The position numbers were made by a program, and so were the translations under genes. A DNA stretch of 64,000 nt, from positions 32,471-96,470 of IMG/VR virus record IMGVR_UViG_3300045988_119023; one strand, given 5' to 3'. The DNA is from a virus. A model generated the notes under the pieces. It was not told the origin of the DNA. It searched no databases and saw only the letters and a program-made list of their open reading frames with translations. Within the stretch, counting starts at the first letter, position 1. The number at the start of each line of letters is the position of its first letter. Below, piece after piece: positions 57,339 through 64,000 of the stretch.

Positions 57339-57905
57339 CTATTTCAACCTGCCGTAACTCATATCAGGATCACACCAGACATACCCGTCTTTCTCATCAT
57401 GAAGATACTCAGGGCATCCTCTGCATGCGCTACTGCCTGACACTATTTGGTTGTTCTTATTAGGGCACTTATCTCCAGGCTTATGCCATTCTATCCTTGA
57501 GCCTGATCGTTCTTTGTTTGCATGACAGAACTGAAATACTTTTCCCATCGTCTTCTCGCCGAACATACCTATATGTGTGTATTCTTCCGGTATAGAGAGA
57601 AATTCAGATAAATCTTTATACATCCTTTCCTGTTCTTCCGGCGTAGACCACAGTCTGTCAAGTTCGGCATGGACTCTTATTTTAAGAGACCTTAGTGATG
57701 GGCCCGCAAGCCGGCCTTTAGCTTTTCCCTTATTCGGCCCTGATTCATGAACACCGACATAAGCGTTGCATGGTTTACACATCATAACCATCCCTAAGCC
57801 TTTTCTGCTATATATTTTATCGGCATTGACCAACTCGGTTTCTCTTCCGCAATAAGGGCAAATTTCGCCTCTTAAAATCCGTTGTTGCCGCACATTGAGT
57901 TCCAT
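57339..57905 (-). CDS. Hypothetical Cys-rich zinc-finger protein.
   Basis: CPYCG...CKPC at the N-terminus. C-terminal CPNK...CRGCPEY...WCDPD. Confidence 0.45.
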   Translation of the reverse strand: MELNVRQQRILRGEICPYCGRETELVNADKIYSRKGLGMVMMCKPCNAYVGVHESGPNKGKAKGRLAGPSLRSLKIRVHAELDRLWSTPEEQERMYKDLSEFLSIPEEYTHIGMFGEKTMGKVFQFCHANKERSGSRIEWHKPGDKCPNKNNQIVSGSSACRGCPEYLHDEKDGYVWCDPDMSYGRLK

Positions 57906-58147
57906 ACTCTATTCTTTTGTTTCTCTTTAAACTTTTCATACAAACTGCTTTCAGTTTCCATTTCTGAGATCTCTACCTCTACGTCCTCTCTTTTGAAAAT
58001 TACTTTCTTGGCTGTCGGATACGCACATTTAGAGATACGAATAGCATTACGAATAGCATAAACAAAATACGTTTCTGGTGATGATTCGATCACCACTACC
58101 TCGTTTAAAGTGTTTTTATAATTTTCCATGTTATCTACTTGCTTCAA
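57872..58147 (-). CDS. Hypothetical protein.
   Basis: ORF. Confidence 0.35.
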   Translation of the reverse strand: MKQVDNMENYKNTLNEVVVIESSPETYFVYAIRNAIRISKCAYPTAKKVIFKREDVEVEISEMETESSLYEKFKEKQKNRVWNSMCGNNGF

Positions 58148-58484
58148 TTACATACCCTGGATTATCTTCACATGCCTCTTTGTATTCGATAAGAAACTTA
58201 AGAAATGAATCATAAGACCCCCATCCATTTTCTGGTTCGTATCTCAAAAGACTCTTTCTCTTGGATATCATAATATATATACCTTTTGTGAGTATCTTCG
58301 CCATCTCTTTGGTATCTATTTCCCTACCCAATTCTTCCGGTCTCCAAACATAATCGTACAGCGTTTCTTTATTTTCTGATACGAATATTTTTTGTGCCAT
58401 CTTGTTCATGTTGTGGGTGATGTTTGTAACCCATTTACGATCCTCTTCTTTCTTCTTGCTCTTAATATAAACGTCCAGGCTCAT
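58131..58484 (-). CDS. Hypothetical protein.
   Basis: ORF. Confidence 0.4.
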   Translation of the reverse strand: MSLDVYIKSKKKEEDRKWVTNITHNMNKMAQKIFVSENKETLYDYVWRPEELGREIDTKEMAKILTKGIYIMISKRKSLLRYEPENGWGSYDSFLKFLIEYKEACEDNPGYVIEASR

Positions 58485-59475
58485 AATATTTTTCTTTTAC
58501 TTTATTATTAATTATCAAATCTGCCACATCATCTCCGTCTCCTACATTTTCAACATTTTGAAGATAGTCCGATACTTTTATCCTTGACTTCATCATCATC
58601 CCATCTATCTTTTTACTCCATGTGTCAAATGCTTGTCCTTTGTCCGGAAAAGCTACAGTCTTTCTATCTTTTAAAACATCTATCACTTCCGGTCTTAAAT
58701 TCTGCAACCCACCGGTAGCTACAAACAACTCATCTGGTTTATTCACGGCGCATATAATAGCCGTCTTTTCTGACTCCACCAAATTAACTACCTTATCCGG
58801 ATACTGGCTTAGAAGATGTTCTCCAAACAGGCATTGTCTAAACAAGAAGTCTCTTGCATGCAACGAGTGATAAAACATGACATGAGGTCGCTCATTGTCA
58901 CCATCTTTTTCCTTCACTCTTTTTACATCAATCTCATTCCCCTGGCTGTCGGTCTTTATGTAAAAATCCATAATCTTGCCGGTTCTACATACAAAGTCCT
59001 TATCTATCTGCCAGAATATACAACACCCCTTCCATCCCCATAAGTCCATTGTTCCGACATGATACCTTCTGAACACATCAGATACCCTTTCTTTCCCCCA
59101 TAGAGACGATAAAAATCTAAATACGGTGTTTCTATCGTCTGGAACTACAGTCCTCTCAAACTCGCTAAAAGGTATGTAATTTACAACGTCAGGATTTACA
59201 GGAGGACGATAAGCTCTTATGCATTTATTTCCTGAAATCCAAAGATCTTTGTCTCCTACATCCTTACCAGTTGGTCGTTTATCATAACCACATGTCCGTT
59301 CATGATCGCATCTTCCAAACTCATTGCCAACAACCTGACCTGTTGCCACATCAATATAAGGGGTGAGGCACCGGCTTTTCCCACAAGCTGGGCAGGTTAG
59401 CTTCAGCCGGCTCCTGCCAGGCCTGCGGTCAAGTTGAAACCGAGGTACGTTTTCGTATTTTCTGAAATCAAGCAT
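58462..59475 (-). CDS. Putative DNA primase (N-terminal zinc finger plus a Toprim-like C-terminal domain).
   Basis: CPACGKSRC...GRCDHERTC zinc-binding segment. LVESEKTAIICAV...ATGG...AFPDKGQAFD resembles the Toprim acidic motifs. Located next to the DnaB-like helicase. Confidence 0.5.
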   Translation of the reverse strand: MLDFRKYENVPRFQLDRRPGRSRLKLTCPACGKSRCLTPYIDVATGQVVGNEFGRCDHERTCGYDKRPTGKDVGDKDLWISGNKCIRAYRPPVNPDVVNYIPFSEFERTVVPDDRNTVFRFLSSLWGKERVSDVFRRYHVGTMDLWGWKGCCIFWQIDKDFVCRTGKIMDFYIKTDSQGNEIDVKRVKEKDGDNERPHVMFYHSLHARDFLFRQCLFGEHLLSQYPDKVVNLVESEKTAIICAVNKPDELFVATGGLQNLRPEVIDVLKDRKTVAFPDKGQAFDTWSKKIDGMMMKSRIKVSDYLQNVENVGDGDDVADLIINNKVKEKYYEPGRLY

Positions 59476-59818
59476 TTTTAACTCCTCTCATTGCTTCTAT
59501 GATTCTATCTGCTATAGTTATAGACCATGACACCACATCCGGTACATATACTCCGCAATCTATTTCACCTTTTCTATTTTGTGCTTTAATAAACTCAATA
59601 GAATAAGCCTTAACAAGATCGAATCTACGTTGCTCCCAGTCTACATCTTTGTTTTCATCATCCACAGGAAGGGTATCGAGATAAAAATTTAAACTCTCAC
59701 TTATCACACTCCCATTATTACCATAGAACTGTATTCTGTCATGGTCGCTTCTTGTAGTTGAGCTACTAAAGGTGATTACGTCTATTATCTCTCCTGTTTT
59801 TCTAATTTTTCTCTTCAT
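59468..59818 (-). CDS. Hypothetical protein.
   Basis: ORF. Confidence 0.4.
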   Translation of the reverse strand: MKRKIRKTGEIIDVITFSSSTTRSDHDRIQFYGNNGSVISESLNFYLDTLPVDDENKDVDWEQRRFDLVKAYSIEFIKAQNRKGEIDCGVYVPDVVSWSITIADRIIEAMRGVKNA

Positions 59819-60048
59819 ACTCTTCTTGTATTTCTGACCAGTATAGGCATTATTGTTTCAACGGTCTTGCCATATTTCTTATGAGATGCAAGTACGCATA
59901 TTGCATATTTATCTCCTATTCTCAAATCTTTCGATAATCTTAATCTCGAACCCCTTTCGATATTAATAAAATAATCACCAAAAGGATTGATATGTATCGG
60001 TTTTACGATTTCCACATAATCTCCTTTAGGAATAACAATATCGCTCAT
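59815..60048 (-). CDS. Hypothetical protein.
   Basis: ORF. Confidence 0.35.
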   Translation of the reverse strand: MSDIVIPKGDYVEIVKPIHINPFGDYFINIERGSRLRLSKDLRIGDKYAICVLASHKKYGKTVETIMPILVRNTRRV

Positions 60049-61373
60049 ATTACGAATCTTTTAGACATTTCCTCTGCAATATCATATACAACAATATGAT
60101 CCTCTTCATTGTACGGCTTATTGATATTCAACACCCCTTTTCTCACTTTGAACTTCTTATCTTTTCTAAGGTGATTCAACATACCTTGTTGGAACACACA
60201 GTCCGCCTTTTCAAGTGCCACACTGTCTTCTGTCCATTCTTTCAGCGTATATCCTTTACTGCTCGTGCTTTTTGGAGAAAAGTTCATAATACGTGCATCA
60301 ATGCCATACCATGCTTTAACCATTCTTCTTTCAGCTTCCAATTGGAATGCATATGATTCCCATATACCTCCCGATTTAAAGTCAAGAATGACCACTTCTT
60401 CCTTCTCCACTTCTCTTACCTCCTTCTTCGGATCACCTTTTTTGAACTGCCCTGTAGCCCTTTGATATACGGCTCCAAAATAACCTTCTTCTTTGTATTT
60501 GAATGTCATTTTAACCATCGCATCAATAGGTGTTGCTACAAGGTAATCCTCTAAAGAAAGGATTCTTTCTATCATCATCGGTTTCACCTTGTAATCAGAA
60601 CAGAATTTGGCAAACTTCATGACCCTGACAATCATATCGTCAAGATCATCTATGCTATTAAAGAACCGATCAAGATTTTTCTTAGATATCTTCAGCTTGC
60701 CTTCTTGCACTGTCTTAACTACAAAGCTTCTATTTAAGACCATATCTCTACCTGTTAGGTACAATCCGTATAAGTAGTGCATGATCGTTCCCTTATCGGC
60801 TTCATACTGCGCTACCTCTTCTGGATTGCGACCAAGCATCTTCATCTCTTGCTTCCATTCCTGAAGTGCTGTCTTATCATCTACATACCCATCTTTGATT
60901 AAAGTTGTTACCGAAGCATATATCTTAGCCGTCCCATCATCCATCTTTCTTACATAAAAACGATTATCGTCTAATGTCAATCTTACGAATTTGGGTGTCT
61001 CAATCTTCTTCAACTCATCACAGATATAAAACGGCTCTAACGTTTCCTGGTTTTCTGTAAACGGATTCGAGTCTTCTTCTCCAGGGTTAGGAGCGGCTTC
61101 CTCCGCCGGAGCTTCCGGTTTCTCTTCCTGGGTCTGCTCTAGCTCAGGCACCGGCTCTTCAACTACTGGAACCTGTCCGCCTCTTTCTGTTATATCTTTA
61201 TTCTTTATCAAAGACATAACTTCCTTTTTCAATTGCTCTGGTGTTTGATTAGGATCTGATACCGACATCACAACATCGTTCATTCTAAACAACGTATTTC
61301 CTTCTCCTTCCACCATAGGTACAAACCCTAAATCTATTAATATTTTAATCTTTTCTTCTATCATACCTATCAA
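60045..61373 (-). CDS. Putative PD-(D/E)xK family nuclease (442 aa) with an acidic Glu/Pro-rich linker.
   Basis: C-terminal PIDAMVKM ... VVILDFKSGG ... YAFQLEAERRM fits the D...(D/E)xK...QxxxY pattern. Weak. Confidence 0.35.
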   Translation of the reverse strand: MIGMIEEKIKILIDLGFVPMVEGEGNTLFRMNDVVMSVSDPNQTPEQLKKEVMSLIKNKDITERGGQVPVVEEPVPELEQTQEEKPEAPAEEAAPNPGEEDSNPFTENQETLEPFYICDELKKIETPKFVRLTLDDNRFYVRKMDDGTAKIYASVTTLIKDGYVDDKTALQEWKQEMKMLGRNPEEVAQYEADKGTIMHYLYGLYLTGRDMVLNRSFVVKTVQEGKLKISKKNLDRFFNSIDDLDDMIVRVMKFAKFCSDYKVKPMMIERILSLEDYLVATPIDAMVKMTFKYKEEGYFGAVYQRATGQFKKGDPKKEVREVEKEEVVILDFKSGGIWESYAFQLEAERRMVKAWYGIDARIMNFSPKSTSSKGYTLKEWTEDSVALEKADCVFQQGMLNHLRKDKKFKVRKGVLNINKPYNEEDHIVVYDIAEEMSKRFVI

Positions 61374-61863
61374 TTATTTCAATAATCAACCTACCTCTTT
61401 CCTTGATCATTCCTCTGCTTTCCATATCCAGTACCTTCTTTACCGCATACTTCCACACAAAAGGAAATTCTGTTTCAAGTTTATCAAATTCCATCCGGTC
61501 AAGATACATGTCGAATACCGTATGCTCCGATTCATGAAGGAAAACTATATTATCCCTGCAAGTAGCAACCGACTTATATATCCTTTTCGGAAGTATGTGA
61601 CAGACGTTACATACTGTAGGAAAATGAATAGCTTTACCAGTCATAGACATTCGAATAGTACTCAACTCCTCCAACATAAGACGAAAAAACCCGGATAAAT
61701 CCGGGTTCTCTAACTTTTTCTTCTTGCTGCTGTTTTTAATGGATGTAATTCTGTCTTTTTTCTTCGGAGTCAACTCTTTGCTCCTGCAAGCCTGGCATAA
61801 GCCATGACTTCTTATCATCACTTTTCGTCCACATCTTTTGCAGACGTACAATTTCTTTTCCAC
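61345..61863 (-). CDS. Hypothetical protein with an N-terminal zinc ribbon.
   Basis: CKRCG...CQAC. Confidence 0.4.
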   Translation of the reverse strand: MEKKLYVCKRCGRKVMIRSHGLCQACRSKELTPKKKDRITSIKNSSKKKKLENPDLSGFFRLMLEELSTIRMSMTGKAIHFPTVCNVCHILPKRIYKSVATCRDNIVFLHESEHTVFDMYLDRMEFDKLETEFPFVWKYAVKKVLDMESRGMIKERGRLIIEIIDRYDRRKD

Positions 61864-62040
61864 TTTTTATACTTCAATACAAGTGATATAATCGAAAAGG
61901 ATACTGCCGTTAAAGATAACGTATATGGTACGTTCATTAACCATCTTGGCACTTCTTCTGTCTTGATCACTATCAGCAAAGTAGCACCTGCTACTACCAA
62001 TAATACAATTGCCATCGCAAGTGCTACACGGGAAACAACA

Positions 62041-62511
62041 TCACTCATCAGTTTTCTTTTCTCCCAATTTTTCTACACCTTTTTGCAGATCGTATTTAAA
62101 TACTTCAATGATTTTCGTTTCTGCAATAGACTCGCAATTCCAGTCGCCCAACGTACCTTGCATCCCCTTAGTTAACACAGCCTCAGCATCTTTTGGATTG
62201 CCGGCCTGGACATACATATAGCATGGCGTTTTCTTTTCTTTACCTTTCTTTTCATCCAGTGTAATGTAATTAACCTTACACTTATACCAGTACTCGGCTT
62301 CTCCGTTGAAGAAGATTTCCGACACTTTAATAGGGTTAATTTTTACAACCTCGAAAGAATTGTACAAATCTTTAAAGATTTCCAACGATCTTGATTCTGC
62401 CTCTGTATAAGACAAGGCATCTACCAAATACTTTTCAGTTACTTTCTTTTTTTTGCCGTTCTCGATATTATCAATCTCGGCTTTTACCGTAATTTCAAAC
62501 CAGCGATTCAT
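62041..62511 (-). CDS. Hypothetical protein.
   Basis: ORF. Confidence 0.4.
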   Translation of the reverse strand: MNRWFEITVKAEIDNIENGKKKKVTEKYLVDALSYTEAESRSLEIFKDLYNSFEVVKINPIKVSEIFFNGEAEYWYKCKVNYITLDEKKGKEKKTPCYMYVQAGNPKDAEAVLTKGMQGTLGDWNCESIAETKIIEVFKYDLQKGVEKLGEKKTDE

Positions 62512-62522
62512 TGTATTAATAT

Positions 62523-62798
62523 TTAATTAGTTGATTTCTTTCCTTTCTCTATACTGTTTTTAAATCTTTCAGAACACCACTGCAAAACGTCCATCATCAT
62601 CATCTCATTATTAGATAAGATACCTTTTATAACTAACGCCAATTGATGCTGTGACATTCGTTGGCTCATATCAAATCTTCTTTCCTCTTCATTTACTATC
62701 GTAGCCACGAAATACTTACACCCCTCCAAATGTGTCAGGGCTTCAATCATGGCTTCTTTAATCTCTTTTTCTTCCATCCTGTTTGTTTTTTTGGACAA
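62523..62798 (-). CDS. Hypothetical protein.
   Basis: ORF. Confidence 0.4.
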   Translation of the reverse strand: MSKKTNRMEEKEIKEAMIEALTHLEGCKYFVATIVNEEERRFDMSQRMSQHQLALVIKGILSNNEMMMMDVLQWCSERFKNSIEKGKKSTN

Positions 62799-62854
62799 AG
62801 ATATGTCTTTTGATAATAAAAAAGATTTTAAATAACTTAATTTAGCTTATTTTT

Positions 62855-63520
62855 TTACTCTTCTGGCTCAACTGGTATGGACATGTTGAACTTTTTCCTG
62901 ATAAATACCTCTGTTTCTTCATTAAACGGATAAGCCTCCTTAATGAAATTCATAGCCACCTCCATGTCGCCATCTGCTATATCCTTATACCTCTCAAAGA
63001 TGCCAACCATGTCGTTGTTATATGAACGCTCTTGTTTTATATTGTACACGTATTTCAATACCCTATCTTTGATTTCATTGGCTTTTTTCACGGTGTCATT
63101 GAAGGTATTTATACTTGTCAATTCAGGGTTTTTATTTTTCTCATCTATCTTATTAAACTCTTCCTCGCTATATCCTGTTTCTCCTTTAACAGCCGGGCAA
63201 ACACCCTCCTTCATGATCCAAAACTGTTCATACGATCCTGCCAGATATCTCGATTCTGTTTTAAATGCATTATACTTGACAAGCAAATTGGCCACCTCAG
63301 TTGCACCTTCTATGGTTCTAAAACCGATGCCGATATCTTTTAATACAAATAATGGAACTCCTGTTTTGGGGTACGAGATTTCTTTTTTGTTCTTTATATT
63401 CCAGTTTTTAGCTTCAATTGGAATACCTTTATTAGCAAGCTCTTTGTCTATATACAGACTTATGTCTTCGTCTGTCAATGCCGTAATCTCATCTCTGCTT
63501 AAATCAAAAACTGTTTTCAT
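62855..63520 (-). CDS. Hypothetical protein (221 aa).
   Basis: ORF. Confidence 0.45.
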   Translation of the reverse strand: MKTVFDLSRDEITALTDEDISLYIDKELANKGIPIEAKNWNIKNKKEISYPKTGVPLFVLKDIGIGFRTIEGATEVANLLVKYNAFKTESRYLAGSYEQFWIMKEGVCPAVKGETGYSEEEFNKIDEKNKNPELTSINTFNDTVKKANEIKDRVLKYVYNIKQERSYNNDMVGIFERYKDIADGDMEVAMNFIKEAYPFNEETEVFIRKKFNMSIPVEPEE

Positions 63521-63720
63521 TTTTCTTTATTTATTAAATTAAACAACTTACTTCTTTGTTCAGGCTCCGTATATTCCACCCATATATCGGCCGCCACATT
63601 TCTAAGAAATTCCATAAAGTCTTGATGATCCCTGTATTCAGTAGAATCGACTTTTCTCACAAAACTTAGAATTTCCTTTAACATCTTATTGTTTTCTTCA
63701 AGAAGTTCTCTGTCAGTCAT
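63517..63720 (-). CDS. Hypothetical small protein.
   Basis: ORF overlapping the downstream start. Confidence 0.4.
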   Translation of the reverse strand: MTDRELLEENNKMLKEILSFVRKVDSTEYRDHQDFMEFLRNVAADIWVEYTEPEQRSKLFNLINKEK

Positions 63721-63884
63721 AACCTTTCAAATTTTCTTCTTAAGGTGTTGACGCTTCACAGCTCCGACTACCGCCGACAACTCCACGTCCCCTTCCATTG
63801 TTACCCGAAAGATCTTCTTCTGTTAAAGAAAAAGACATAGTTAACGTAGGAGTATCCTTAAAATACCAATCACATAATTCTTTT

Positions 63885-63911
63885 AGGTGATTATATACAA
63901 CTTTACACCAT
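63885..63911 (+). repeat. 27-bp exact direct repeat, copy 2 (see 40752..40778).
   Basis: Identical to AGGTGATTATATACAACTTTACACCAT at 40752. Confidence 0.7.
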
Positions 63912-63921
63912 CTATATAAAA

Positions 63922-63965
63922 CAGAAGCCGGATAATGATTAACGTATATCCGGCTTCTGTTTTAT
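63922..63965. terminator. Strong hairpin terminator, possibly bidirectional.
   Basis: 13-bp perfect stem CAGAAGCCGGATA/TATCCGGCTTCTG with a 12-nt loop, T/A-rich on both sides. Confidence 0.55.
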
Positions 63966-64000
63966 ATGGTTAAAATTCTTTTTCGTTACCACCTTTTTTA

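Noticed and set aside
1-64000. CRISPR arrays, tRNA genes, rRNA and integrase or att sites.
   Set aside because: No regularly spaced direct repeats, no convincing cloverleaf candidates and no tyrosine or serine recombinase motifs were seen in any frame of this window.

Overview
This window is a 64 kb segment of a large, AT-rich double-stranded DNA phage, probably a crAss-like (Crassvirales-type) Bacteroidota phage or a relative. That assignment rests on gene content and layout only; I could not run any search.

The + strand (about 1 to 41.6 kb) carries a virion and structural module. It contains giant ORFs of 1004, 938, 1019, 2213 and 2138 aa. Three of them (938, 1019 and 2213 aa) overlap at their start/stop codons and are probably translationally coupled. 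The 1019-aa protein carries a DKDGD (DxDGD) motif, which makes it a candidate virion-packaged RNA polymerase. The module also encodes a virion protein with two peptidoglycan-hydrolase domains and a small HExxH protein.

The - strand (41.9 to 63.7 kb) is a replication module. It encodes a DnaB-like helicase, a zinc-finger/Toprim-like primase, an SF2 DEAH helicase, a Cas4-like PD-(D/E)xK nuclease and a DUF550-type dNTP pyrophosphohydrolase.

Accessory content is notable:
- An intact IscB (OMEGA, RuvC-HNH) nuclease with a 356-nt upstream non-coding region that fits an omega-RNA.
- A frameshifted TnpB-like RuvC nuclease that lacks a zinc finger and has a perfect hairpin at the frame junction.
- An acyl carrier protein, NfeD and flotillin (SPFH) operon inside the replication module.
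- Three KilA-N/KilAC antirepressor-like genes.
- Unusual low-complexity proteins (Cys/Gly/Asn-rich and RG/RE-rich).
- Structured non-coding elements: three covarying stem-loops with an identical 11-nt loop, a 27-bp exact direct repeat 23 kb apart, and a 29-bp palindrome.

Many rho-independent terminators are visible. Most antisense ORFs in the supplied track that overlap large genes are judged spurious. Motif-level calls are made from sequence alone and should be verified by HMM or structure searches.
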